The notes under the pieces: model-generated | Seen by the model: the letters and a program-made list of their open reading frames with translations, nothing else | Database searches by the model: none | Told to the model about the DNA's origin: nothing | Program-made: the position numbers and the translations under genes | Assembly: GCA_951406725.2 (NCBI GenBank) | Contig: OX597822.1 | Location: 83,080,001 to 83,144,000 of the forward strand | Reading direction: 5' to 3' | Length of the DNA stretch: 64,000 nt | Source of the DNA: Octopus vulgaris | Lineage: Eukaryota | Shown: piece after piece, positions 41,073-55,362 of the stretch | How the letters are laid out: the number at the start of each line of letters is the position of its first letter | How positions within the stretch are numbered: position 1 is the stretch's first letter

Positions 41073-41988
41073 GGTCTACATAGCTTTGTTGTTTATATTT
41101 TTATATTCTTAAGGTATATTCTCAGGTAAAAGCCACACAGACGGCATTCTGTATTGTACTATTATAATGGCGTTGGAGTCTCAAGGTGTTGTCTTATAAA
41201 AAATTACGTGGTTGCCTCGATGTTTCCGTGATAGGATAGTTATCCAACACAGCGGCGATCGATAACCAAACCCAGGGGAAGCATTTGTTAGCTGACATCA
41301 CCCGTAGACGGGTTAATTTCTAAGAAATCGAACCCATTATATTTCAACTGGACTATTTATTATTGCTGCCGGGTGCACACGTACATTTCTATTTGTTGGT
41401 TTGTTTATGTCCACGTAACTTCGCGATTCGGTTTAAGAGACAGACAGAATAAGGGCCAGTCTAAGAAGACAAGTGAAGTTGTTCGACTAATTACTCAAGA
41501 TAGTGCGCAGTTTGGCCGCAGTCCAATGATTAAAACAAGAAAATAAAATATAAGAGATAACGTCTAAACATGCATGGGAGCGTTGGTTTCTTGATATACA
41601 AAATAAAAGACTAGACACACCTGGAATGTCTTTAGTCGAGGTTCTGCTTAAGAAGTTTAAATCTGGAAATGTGTGACAGGCATTCATGATTCTTTTCCGT
41701 TTTTCTTTTATAGCTTTCTTCGATATGAAAATAAATAAACAGAAGCTTCGAACTTTTGTGAGATTCATAAGTCTGGGGTGCCTCTGGCTGATGAGACAAG
41801 AATGTACAAACACTGCCTGTCCAAGAATGCCCTGCGCTATTGAATCGAGTCTGTTATGAACTGTGGTAAAAGAGAAGCTGTTCTGTGACGAAACACAACA
41901 GCAATTAGCATATTCGTGTTCGAATTTGGCTGAACATATTCAAAATGAATAAGAAAGTTCTCGTTTTGATTCTCGGACTTCGTCGTGC

Positions 41989-42728
41989 ATATAACAATTT
42001 ATTAGGAGTTACTTGGTCTCTGCATGCATCAGCAAGCAGTTTATTTGCTGAAGTTAAAAAATGTATTTCGCACTTTTGTCTGATTCATTATTCCGACGTC
42101 GAAACATTGGTAGCCTGAGAATCCTTTGCACTAACGGATCAAATGTATTACGAACACGCATTTATCGCAAAGAAGTCCTTCTCCTGTTAGGTAATCATGT
42201 TTAAATCTACAGGAACATATTAAACACGAATATGCATGTCATCGCATATGTGATTAATCGCATCAGGAATATTTTTTTTCAAATATCTTAAGAATGAAAA
42301 CAGAAGAAAAGTAGAACGGACTCTTGCCATGATTTGTGGTGTTAACTTCAGAGTGAGAAAAATGGGCGGTCTGCTTGTATTTAAACACCATGATTCACAT
42401 TTTCAGAAGAAACTGATATAACTTGCAGTTAATAATTTTTATCAAAAGTCGATTTTACAATCAATTCACAAGATATATTTTTGACAGATGACAACTATGT
42501 TCCACTAAAAAATACAACGGCAGTTCATATATATATATATATATACATACATATATATTTATACATATATACATACATATATATATGTATATATGTATAA
42601 ATATATATATATATATATTTATACATATATACATACATATATATATATATTTATACATATATACATACATACATATATATTTATACCTATATACATACAT
42701 ACATATATATTTATACATATATACATAC

Positions 42729-42763
<35 letters not shown>

Positions 42764-43253
42764 CATATACACACAGACATATATATATATATATATATAC
42801 ATATATATTTATACATACATATATATATATATTTATAAATATATATACCCACACTCATATATATTTATATACATTTAATGTACTTATGGTGATGTATGTA
42901 TAAATGTAATATACATTAGGTATACATGTGTACACATATAAATTCATATATGCATACACACGCATTCACCTCTAATAAATTTGACTCGTATCTTATGAAA
43001 AGAAACAAAAATGCATTCAAAAGTCTCAATGAAGTATTAGGTGACAATGTGGAGATACAGCTGGATAAGAAAATCGTTCATAGATTTACTGATATCTTTC
43101 GAGGTGTTGCTTTCTTCTTCTTCTCTGATGTCTAGTTTTCCTCATTCTTTCTTTTCACTTTGAAAATACATATTATAAGTCTATTATTATTTATGTTTAT
43201 TTTGACATAAATATCAAATATGTAGAAACTATCTTAGAATAGTGTGTACGTAA

Positions 43254-43346
<93 letters not shown>

Positions 43347-43830
43347 CATATATATATGTATATTATGTATGTGTATGTGTGTGTGTATGTATATATGTAC
43401 ATATATATGTATATATACGTATATAATATATATATATATATACATACATACACATATATATCTATATATATATATATATACATACATACATACATACATA
43501 CATACATACATACATACATACATACATACATACATACATACATACATACATACATACATGCGATTAATCACATATGCGATGACATGCATATTCGTGTTTA
43601 ATATGTTCCTGTAGATTTAAACATGATTACCTAACAGGAGAAAGACTTCTTTGCGATAAATGCGTGTTCGTAATACATTTGATCCGTTAGTGCAAAGATT
43701 CTCAGGCTACCAATGTTTCGGCGTCGGAATAATGAATCAGACAAAAGTGCGAAATACATTTTTTAACTTCAGCAAATAAACTGCTTGCTGATGCATGCAG
43801 AGACCAAGTAACTCCTAATAAATTGTTATA
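41989..43830. repeat. Inverted duplication: ~275 bp at 41989-42263 versus 43558-43830
   Basis: Arms are nearly identical reverse complements. The second copy is embedded between (TACA)n and (TA)n. Confidence 0.9.
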
Positions 43831-43839
43831 TATACATAT

Positions 43840-43904
<65 letters not shown>

Positions 43905-43909
43905 AATAC

Positions 43910-43940
<31 letters not shown>

Positions 43941-44008
43941 CATACATATATATATATATGTGGGTGTATATATATATATATATACACACACACATGCCCA
44001 TATCGTCG

Positions 44009-44382
44009 TGGCACTCCGTCGGTTACGACGACGAGGGTTCCAGTTGATCCGATCAACGGAACAGCCTGCTCATGAAATTAGCGTGCAAGTGACTGAGCTC
44101 CCCCAAAAATAACATGTACCCTTAACGTAGTTCACGGGGAGATTCAGCGTGACACAGAGTGTGACAAGGCTGGCACTTTGAAATGCAGGTACAACAGAAA
44201 CAGGAAGAGAGAAATTCGTGGTGAAAGAATACAGCAGGGGTCGCCACCACCACCTGCCGGTGCTCGTGGAGCTTTAGGTGTTTTCGCTCAATAAACACTC
44301 ACAACACCCGGTCTGAGAATCGAAACCGCGATCCTATGAACGTGTGCCCGCTGCCCTAACCATTGGGCCATTGCGCCTCCAC
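44009..44382 (-). mobile_element. SINE family C
   Basis: Reverse complement of the 3818 copy, with head GTGGAGGCGCAATGGCCCAATGGTTAGGG. Confidence 0.8.
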
Positions 44383-45078
44383 TATACACACATAGTGATT
44401 TGCGAATCATACTTAATACTTCTATTTTCTTTTATCTAATATTGTCTGTGTTGTATATAATGGAGGTATGGACATATGTACATAGAGAATGAGGGAGAAA
44501 GAGAAAGATAGAGAGAAGGGGGAAGAGAGAGTGGAGAAGAGGGAGAGAGAGTTGAGTGAGAGAAGGTTTTAATCTATCAAGCTTTGGAATTTCATTTCTA
44601 TCTACATTTTAGTTTCATAAAATTTGCTATATTTTACATTCTATTGCTTCATAGCTTCTTATACATGCATTCTCAACGAATATAAATTCTCAATATGGTA
44701 CCTATTACATAGTTACCAAGATGTGGTATAAATGTTTTATAGTATTATGTTATGACTAAAATGGAATATATTTTCACTGGCGTTAAAGTATATACTCATC
44801 ATTTCTCTTTTTGTATATTTCCACAATTCTTTCGTCTAAATACAGTCTATGTCATGTCTACTTATGCTTTATGGATTTTACTTGATACTAGAAATATATT
44901 CTTTTTGTATAGAGTGCTTAAAACCTAATAAAACACAATATAATATTTAGCTAATAAGGACATTGCAGTTTCTAGAACCTTCAGATACTTTAAGTTAAAA
45001 TGTCCACTACTGTATCATTCTAAATATATATATACACCGTTGAAAATGTGTTTCAAATGCGTTCACTGACGTACACAC

Positions 45079-45129
<51 letters not shown>

Positions 45130-45132
<3 letters not shown>

Positions 45133-46799
45133 TGCGCCCCACATTATAGGCAAATCAACCTTCTCTCAATAAATAAATGTATATTCGTTCAAAACCAGTT
45201 GTTTTCCCACTGACTGTTGACCTACCTGTGCACATTCTGTCATAATAAATCGGATTTGCGCAGACGAAAACAAACGGCGGCCATTATCCTGTTGCAGCAT
45301 TTCTGGTGTCCCAAATCATTTGGCAGGTGCCCAGTTTAAGTGTTATTATGGGTCAGAAACGGGATCTTACCTCGAATGAGATAGAAATATAAAAAATACT
45401 GGGAAGAGATCACTAAAAAGTGAAGATATTTGTGCAGTCTCATAATTCTGTTCGGTCGAGGGAAGATAAGGCTAAGTCCAGGGTTGCTTCGACTAGTACG
45501 TGTGAAAAGGGAAACTGCAGAACCCATGTCTGACAAGTACAAAAGTCTTCAAACGTAGTGGCAAGGAAAACACATCGAAAACTTTTCTACTCTAGGCACA
45601 AGGCCCGAAATTTTAGGAGAGGCGGGTGGGGAGTCGATTAGATCGACCCCAATACGCAACTGGTACTTAATTTATTGACTCCGAAGGGATGAAAGGCGAA
45701 GTGGACCTCAACGGAATTTGAACTCAGATGGTAAAGACAGGAAGTACCGCTAAGCATTTCTCCCAGCTCGCCGCCTCTGACGTATCAAAAAGTACTAGGT
45801 AGTCAGGAATGTTAAACCTGTTACAAGGCCACCACCCCTCTGAAGGCTGTTCATAAGCGGAAGAGCCTGAAATGGGCAGAAGAATACATGAAGACAGATT
45901 TTTCAACAGTTCTGTTCAATGACGAATGCCGTGTGACTCTTGACGGACGAGATGGCTGGAGTAAAGGTTGGGTATCAATCAATGGGAACCGTCCACATCG
46001 TTTAAGACGCAAACAGTGGGGAGTTTAGGTCATGTTTTGGGCTGGCATCGTTGGTGATATGATGGTCGAGCCATGGAAAGTCCCAGGTCGCATTAAGATG
46101 ACATTGAAAGCATATATTACCTTCTTGAAGGGAAATGTCCAACCGTGATACAAAAAACAAAAACTTTCATTCAAGAGAAAGCTGGTCTTCATGCAAGATA
46201 ATGCCTCGTCGTATGCAGTGAAGAATTCTAAGGAATACCAACAGCAAATAGACTTCTATGGAGGTCGTTTGATGGAGTGGCCACCTTCTTCCCCTGACAT
46301 AAACCCGATCGAGAACCTGTGGAGTGTCCTGAAGAGGCACGTTTACCAAGATGGAAGGCAGTTTTCAAGTAAAGTTGTCCTCTGGATGCTATTGTAGATG
46401 CTTCTCAAAGCATGACACAAGAGGATATCATCACCTTAACAAATTCAATGGATCACAGTCTAAGGAACGTTATTGCATGTGGAGGGTCATACATCAAACA
46501 TTAGGAGCTGTATGACATCATAATCCCATGATTATTTTCATTCGAACGTATTATATTTACCATTAAGTATTATTATGTTTACGTATTATCATTTTTACCA
46601 TTACCTTTATGAATAATTTTTTGTTCAGCCTTTACTTTTGAATTAAATACATATTTGTTCTGACACAATTATCATTTTTATTATACTTGCCTAATAATTT
46701 GTGATGGTGAAAATGTTGCCCATTCACAAACATGGCCGCCATTTGTTGGCCTTTACGCAGATCCGATGAGAGAAGTTTGATTTGCTGTGAGACGCAGTG
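45130..46799 (+). mobile_element. Decayed Tc1-like DD37E (TRT-type) transposon with a SINE insertion at ~45583-45776
   Basis: Ends TA-CACTGCG / CGCAGTG-TA. Translation gives VLFNDECRVTLDGRDGW and QDNA...WPPSSPDINPIE, with 37 residues between D and E. Contains stops and frameshifts. Confidence 0.85.
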
Positions 46800-46816
46800 T
46801 ACATACACACACACAC

Positions 46817-46948
<132 letters not shown>

Positions 46949-47033
46949 CTGTGAGCTGCAGGCACGAGAATGAGTCGAAACAATTATGGAGGTTTTGAAT
47001 AAGAAATCTCGTGAATTCCATTTTATGTCTCTG

Positions 47034-47115
<82 letters not shown>

Positions 47116-47211
47116 ATCTCTCTCTGCCTGTCTGGCTACCTGCCTGCCTGTCTACCTGCCTGTCTGCCTACCTGCCTGCCTGCCTGTCTGCCTACCTGCC
47201 TACCTGCCTTC

Positions 47212-47332
<121 letters not shown>

Positions 47333-47365
47333 GGTTATTTATATATATATGGAAGTGGAATGGAA

Positions 47366-47745
47366 GCACTCCGTCGGTTACGACGACGATGGTTCCGGTT
47401 GATCCGAATCAACGGAACAGCCTGCTCGTGAAATTAACGTGTAAGTGGCTGAGCACTCCACAGACACGTGTACCCTTAACGTAGTTCTCGGGGATATTCA
47501 GCGTGACACAGAGAGTGACAAGGCCGGCCCTTTGAAATACAGGTACAACAGAAACAGGAAGTAAGAGTGAGAGAAAGTTGTGGCGAAAGAGTACAGCAGG
47601 GATCACCACCATCCCCTGCCGGAGCCTCGTGGAGCTTTAGGTGTTTTCGCTCAATAAACACTCACAACGCCCGGTCTGGGAATCGAAACCGCGATCCTAT
47701 GACCGCGAGTCCGCTGCCCTAACCACTGGGCCATTGCGCCTCCAC
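47366..47745 (-). mobile_element. SINE family C, well preserved
   Basis: Full head GTGGAGGCGCAATGGCCCAGTGGTTAGGGCAGCGGACTCGCGGTC..GGTTTCGATTCCC through to the tail. Confidence 0.85.
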
Positions 47746-48368
47746 TATATATATATATACACACACATGTATATACATATATGTATGTATGTATGCATGT
47801 ATATAAGTATTTATGTAATCGGCTTCTGAGGATCTTTTCTCTGAAACCCTTGGAGTAGACGATACAGTATAGTAGATTTCCATAGCCAAATTCTTATCAC
47901 AGGGTCTCAGCAAATCCGGGATTTAGTTTAGATTGCTTGTGTTCATCCAGAAAGCAGCAAAACTGACTGAAAGCGGATTTCGACTGAAGGTAAAAGAAAT
48001 GCTAGTTTAATTCTTTATACATATGGCCATCTTATATCTATAATCACAGATGACTGAACACAGAATACCTCCATATATAACTGACGGAAGAGTGTCAATT
48101 CCCAACGCCATATCCACATATCGAATTGGATAAATAATCATTCTTGTAACAATACTGCATCTCTTGGGATGCAGCATTGGGTTAAAAGAGCAGAAAATTA
48201 AAGTCACAATACGGAGCAGATGAACAGCAGCGAGAAAAAGATTCTATGGAATCTAATAACATTATGTATTAGACTTTATTATTTTCAGCATGGCATCACA
48301 AATATAGAAACACGCATATACATAAATACATATATTGATACATACATACATGCATACATACATATGTA

Positions 48369-48458
<90 letters not shown>

Positions 48459-49270
48459 CAGATATGTATGTATACATATATATATATATGTATGTAAATA
48501 TAGATATAGATGATAAGTATTTGTGTGTGGCTATATGTGTGTGTGTGTATATATATATATATATTTATATATATGTATATATTTATATAGAAACATAAAT
48601 AGCTAAATAAATCTATACATAGATATAAACAGATATAGATCGACTAGGTTATGAGGGAAGCCAGGTAACACAAAAGTAAAGCAAACAGATAAATAAGATA
48701 GTTAGATAGATAAAAAGATAGAAAGACAGAAAGATAGATATAGAGATAGAGAGATAGGTGGATTCCTGGGTAGATAAATAAATTGGCAGAAAGATATATA
48801 AAGGCAAGAATGAAAAGAAACCGCAAAATTGCTGTAGCGAGAAAAATAGGAAGAAAGTTGCATTATCAAAGGCGTAGATGGATAGCTATATACGTTCGTA
48901 GATTGCTATTTAAATGCAACAAAGAATAAAATATGTGGTTTATATTGTTTGCTCTTTTATTCAGATAGAACTAAGTTTTGTTCTATTTCTCTTACAAAAA
49001 GGGGAGAAAATGTCTTTTAAATGTTCAAATGCGCTGATTCTCGAGAAGTGATTTCAATCGCAGCAACACGAACCTATTCACATATGATTGTCTATGTGAG
49101 AGGTTTACATACATATGTATGTGTGTAAACATACATAAATGCATACTTACATACATATGGAGCTTTGAATCTTTGTTGGAAACCGGATCCCTCCTCAGTG
49201 GAAGATTTAAAATATTTAAAAGATAGAAGAGACTTACATACATTCCTGTATATATGTTTATGTATGTATG

Positions 49271-49580
49271 TGTGGAGGCACAATGGCCCAGTAGTTAGGA
49301 CAGCGGACTCGCGGTCGTAGGTTCGCGGTTTCGATTCCAAGATCGGGCGTTGTGAGTGCTTATTGAGCGAAAACACCTAAAGCTCCACGAGGCTCTGGCA
49401 GGGGGTGGTGGCGATCCCTGCTGTACTCTTTCGCCTCAACTTTCTCTCACTCTTTCTTCTGTTGGCCTGCTCGCTTAGCCAGCGGGGTGGCGTCGTTTGA
49501 AGGCTAAAACAATGAGCAGCGCATTGAGACCAGCGATGTGTAGCAACATCTGATAGCCTGGTCGGTCACGTGATCACGTG
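49271..49580 (+). mobile_element. SINE with family C head and an alternative tail (tail alone at 58170-58288, minus strand)
   Basis: Diverges from C after CTTTCTCTCACTCTT into TTGGCCTGCTCGCTTAGCCAGCGGGGTGGCGTC..GCCTGGTCGGT. Confidence 0.75.
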
Positions 49581-50339
49581 ATGTACGTATGTATATATTT
49601 ATATATATGTAATTTGTTTGTATTTTATGTATTTATCTTTGTATGTATGTTATTTGTTATTCCAGACTTGAATTCTGATAAAAAGGTGCTGGTTTTTGGC
49701 AATGCAATACAGCTGGAGTGCTGGAACTTGGATATCGCCAACAGTGAAGAAGAACAAATAATATTTGGTAAAAGTTTGGCATAATTTTAGTGTTCCACTG
49801 CTATATTGTGTTTGGCAAGTGAGTGCTAGCTTGTTACTTTCTTTGACGAAAAACTCTAGCTCCTAGAGGCTACCATGTAGACATTTAGTAACCTACCATA
49901 ACCAAGTGCACAGAGGGTTATTAGGATAAATGTGAATGTATACCCCTGGGCGGAGAAACAGTACGTTCTGAAGCAAATGATTGAAAAGGTTTAACTAACT
50001 TTGAAAGGGACGTGCGTATCTGTTGGTCAGATGATTTTCTGATCTGAATATTACTTCTTTGCTCTAAAAAACTAAATCAGATATTTGTATTTAGCGGAGA
50101 TTTTGATGCGAGTCTTTCAGCAATATTCCTTGAATTAAAATATAAGTTTGAGCTCAGCAAGAGCAATATTTTCCATAATTACGCTAGGGATGTCCTTTCT
50201 ACGAATGATAGCGTGCAATGTTTTAGCATTATCCACCTGACCTATTGGAGGCTAGTTGCTTATCATACATACATATATGTGCATACGTACATGTATGTAT
50301 GTATGTATATGTGTGTATGTATGTATGTATGTATGTATG

Positions 50340-50981
<642 letters not shown>

Positions 50982-52067
50982 TATATATACATATACTTAC
51001 ATACATATATACATTTGTATATACATATGTGGGTGTGTAAATATAATATATAGATGTATATATTAGAGAAAAGGGTAAAAAAAGCATAAGGTTGCTTTAA
51101 TATCCTTCTGCGAAACCTGTTGTCATTCTCTAAACATTACACTTCAAAGCGCACCACTTGCATTTATAATTTCCGATAAAATATCAACTGAGGTCTCGTA
51201 GGAAATATTTTAGTTCACGTAGACAATGACGTCAACTGTGCGTCTGTTATTTTTTCTCACAGATAGATAGACAAGGTTGTAGAAAGAGTGTTGGGAAAGC
51301 ACGCAAATACCAAAAAAAAAAAAAAACCCAAAAAAACAAAGCAATAAACGAAACATCGTATATTATATTTATCCTTTCATTCACGTAGTACTAATGTTTT
51401 TTAATTCCTTTACCGGGGCAAAAGAAATTTCATGCCAGTGTTCAAATGTTGTGATTATATGAAATTGATCTCAGTCGCAGTATCGCGAACTTTCCGGATA
51501 TAATTGAAGAGCCGTTGTCCAAACAACACAAATCGAATGTTGAAGTTTTTTTTTCGCAATATTGATACAGACAAACAGGTAGCTTTGGACATATATATAT
51601 ATATATATGTTTATATATATATATGTTTATATATGTGTGTATGCGTGTGCCTGTGTGTGTTTGTGTGTATACATATATGTATATGTGTGTATGTGCGCCT
51701 GTGTGTGGGTGTATATATATATACACACGTGTGTGTCTGTGTGTGCGCGCGTGTGTATGTGTATTTACGTGCGTGTGTGTATGTACATACGCATATTTAT
51801 GTCTGCATGCAAGCGTATAATTGTGTGTATGAATATAGGCTTTGATTCATATATGTTTTCATATACATATGTACACGCACACACACACGCACACACACAC
51901 ACATACATTTGCATACAGTTGTTTATATGCGAATATAAATTTTGTTTTATATATGTCTACACTAACATATGCTCGGATGCCTTCCCAACCGCTCTCTCTA
52001 TTTTGGTGAGCTGTCTAACACGCGAACAGGACACTATACTGCACACAGTATATATATATATATATTT

Positions 52068-52254
52068 GGCGATTCTTTTTCCTCCGTCTTCCCTTCCTTA
52101 GATTTTTCCTTTTCTATGTTTTTGATGAAGAGCTCCGCTCGAAACGTTAAATCCTCTTTCTTTCTTTCTTTTCTCGAGCATCCAATAACACTATACTTGT
52201 TCCACGTCCTCGCGTTGTTGTGTTTTCTCTTTGTGTTTTCATGTTTGGATTAAC
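52068..52254 (+). mobile_element. Solo Penelope pLTR with a minimal hammerhead-like motif
   Basis: Reverse-complement homolog of 14630-14810; contains TTGATGAAGAGCTCCGCTCGAAACGTT. Confidence 0.7.
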
Positions 52255-53438
52255 GTAAAGCATTTGAGGACATACCTTTTTGGGGTCATTGCTGCATCTT
52301 TTACTAGCTCTGTATAATCTTTGTTTCAGAAAATAATAATGGCAGACCCTCGGCTTACTCAAGAAATCAAGAGGCATGCTGTAATTGTGGTCATAAAGGC
52401 TGAGCATAGCGATTTAGAAATATCTCGACTTTTAAAAGTTGCCAGATCTTTCGTCTACAAAGTTTGAAAGGAGCTAGAGCTTAAAGATGGAAACATATCA
52501 CCAGTATCAAAGCATGAAAAGCATTCTAAACACTCTGAAATTACCAGAAGATCTGAATTAATTTATCTACCAAGTTCAACAGACCGAACAGTCAGAAATG
52601 TTGTCCGCGAAGACATCAGATATAAATCTTATATGATGAGGAAAGCACAATTTGTCGGAAAAAGCAAAAGAAAACCACTACATCAGATCTAAAAGTCTCT
52701 TAAACAAATTGAAAAATCCAGCAGAATATTTGATTTGGTTTTTCTCAAACGAGAAAAATCTTCGACCAAGATCAAAAAGTCAACAGAAAAAATGACAAAT
52801 GGTTATGTGCAGACTCTTCTGAAGTTTCAAGTGTTATGCATACAAAATTTCCTGCAACTGTCATGGTTTTAGGGGTTGTCTGCAATAAAGGACATGTGAG
52901 TCTTCTTACTCCTTTTCACAAGGCCTTAGATGTAACATGAGGTCCTGGAAATAATTGTTAAGCCTTGGATAGACAGAGTATGCAATGGAAGGCCATATGT
53001 GTTTTAGTTAGACTCTGCACTATCACACATGGCTCTAGTAACACAGGAATGGATGGCTGAAAATGTTCATGATCACATGACCCCTAACATTTGGCCTCCC
53101 AATTCCCCAGATCTCAATCCATTGGACTATTACATGTGGATCGTTGTTGAGAGAGAGGTCAAGGAACACGCCCATAACACCAAAGATTCTTTGAAAGCTG
53201 CCATAGTCAGAGTAATGTCCAAAATGAACCAGGGCCACTTGATTCGAGCATGTAGATGATTTAGATCTCGTATAGAAGCAGTTGTTGAAGCTGAAAGTGG
53301 CTTTATTAAATAACATTATAGAAAAAAGGTTTATTTTTATCTTCATAGCATTTTTTGATAAATAAAGTTATTATCTTTTATTATACAACTGCATGTCTCA
53401 TAAACATAAATCTGTCCTGAAATATCTTACGCACCCTA
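52255..53438 (+). mobile_element. Decayed DD37D (maT-type) transposon
   Basis: N-terminal MADPRLTQEIKRHAVI..ISRLLKVARSFVYKV, and DSA...WPPNSPDLNPLDYY with 37-residue D-D spacing. Right end is GCACCCTA-TA; the left TIR is missing. Confidence 0.8.
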
Positions 53439-53904
53439 TATACATACATACATACATACGTACATACATACATACATACATACATACATACATACATACA
53501 TACATACATACATACATACGTACATGGGGGAGAATTCACCAAAAAGCAAAAGATGAAGACAGGTGGTGTAGATAACAAACAGGTGTATTAGTATAACGCT
53601 CGGGAAGTGAAAAAGTCTTTAACGTTTCGAGCCTACGCTCTTCCGCTGAAAGGAACACAGAAAGAAAGAAGGAGAAAAAATAAAGAATGTGTAGTGGTTA
53701 GCTATCTACATACATACAGTTTAAAATTTCAAAGTGAACTAAATTTTTCATATCCCACCAAACAGATAACAACACCATACGTGGGTGATGACATTCTTTT
53801 GCCTGGGGTGCCGGTATTTCTCCTTTCACTACCCACTGTCTTCGGCGCTTGACATTTTTATAGAGAACCCATCTCTCGTCACCTGTCGCTATCCGAAAAA
53901 AAAA

Positions 53905-54232
53905 AGTCGGATGTAGAGGGTTTGTAGGACACAGCGTGAGACGACTGTTGTTATCGTTAGGCCTAACTCATCGTAAAGTCAATACCACCATGACTGATAT
54001 CCAATCTACAGTGGAGAAGGCTAGCCACTGGATTTGGTTAAAAAGAGACGATGAGCGATGGCTAGAAGTATATTGAGTTCATCATAACCAGCTGATCTAG
54101 CAAGCGGGGCCTCATATCAGTGAGGGGGCCGGTGCGCATTGATGCCGTCGAGAGGTAGGCCCCGAAACGGCGCGCATTCTCTCCTGATGACCCCATACAC
54201 TTGCTAGCTTCCGATATACGGAGCTTTTAACT
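53905..54232 (+). mobile_element. Hero-clade REL retrotransposon 3' end
   Basis: VGCRGFVGHSVRRLLLSLGL..VEKASHWIWLKRDDERW matches the Hero C-terminal pattern (EVGCRGF..AS.W.W.KR), followed by a structured GC-rich 3' UTR. Confidence 0.7.
54097..54207 (+). ncRNA. Candidate rearranged (non-circularly permuted) hammerhead ribozyme
   Basis: Strand order is TGCC-GTC-GAGAG (54143-54154), GGCCCC-GAAAC-GGC (54158-54171), CTCTC-CTGATGA-CCCC (54179-54194). Stems I and III pair correctly, and the whole is closed by CTAGCAAG/CTTGCTAG. Confidence 0.65.
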
Positions 54233-55023
54233 GGTAGCACTTGCATGTGCAAGTTGTTTGCAAGATATATATATACCTTACAGCAAAGAAGAATACACTT
54301 TCACCCTCGGCGCGCGATTAGACTCGGATAGTTTGTGAGGAACCCACTTACCCAATTTGCTGACTTTTCCGATGGCACGCAGACAAGCATATACGCAAAT
54401 GGAAACTGAAACACATAACCATATATACACACACAATTTACTTCACACAAGGACACATATGGAGACACGTATCCACACATATAGAGATGCACCTCCCTGC
54501 ATACAAACACGGTACATAGTTGCAAAACACACACACATGCTCAGACATGCAGACACAAGGAGACAGAGGTGCATACATATACAAACACGCACACACATAC
54601 ATAAAAATACACAAACACGGACATGAAAGCATATGGATATGCAAAATACATACATACAGATGCATACGCATACATACATATGCATACACACTCACATATA
54701 TACATACACACATGTATACATACATGCATACACACTTACATACATGCATGCATAGGCACACATGCACACACACTGACTACGCACATGCGCACAAACAAAC
54801 AAAAAGGAATGCTGTGTAAATAACGGACAGTCAAGACTATTGCAAAGGTTGCAAGACGCAACAAAAATTTTAGGAAAATAAAAATAAGAAATAAGTGGAA
54901 ATTTTACCGGTGAGTGTGTTAAATTATAAGGCACAAAAAGAAAATGGCTTTCTCTAGACACAACAGAATATGCTTCAACACACGAACTCACATAAAGAAT
55001 ATTGCAAACCAAATACAAAAACG

Positions 55024-55069
<46 letters not shown>

Positions 55070-55145
55070 TCGGGGTGAGTACTTGATAATTATAAGCACC
55101 TGTGTATACCGTTTGGTGGTGTAGGTGGTGGTGTAGCTGTTGTGT

Positions 55146-55223
55146 GCGGCTGAAGAAGGCCACAGACATACATTATGCATTGTTATAAATCTGTCTAATA
55201 AAGGCCCGAAACATATGTACCGC
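55146..55223 (+). ncRNA. Type I hammerhead ribozyme in a ~195-bp module (55066-55260) between TA tracts
   Basis: GCGG-CTGAAGA-AGGCC...GGCCC-GAAAC-ATAT-GTA-CCGC, with palindromic stem III ACATATGT. Confidence 0.8.
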
Positions 55224-55255
55224 TGAATCCTTGGCATCATGTTTTTATTTTGATC

Positions 55256-55322
<67 letters not shown>

Positions 55323-55362
55323 TAATATATATATGATTAATATATATATGATTAATATATAT

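Noticed and set aside
42079-42120. CTGATTCA...GAAACATTGGTA as a hammerhead
   Set aside because: The core lacks CUGANGA and stems I and II do not pair.
47665-47745. Functional tRNA gene
   Set aside because: The tRNA-like head continues into a multi-copy SINE body and lacks a proper acceptor stem and terminator.
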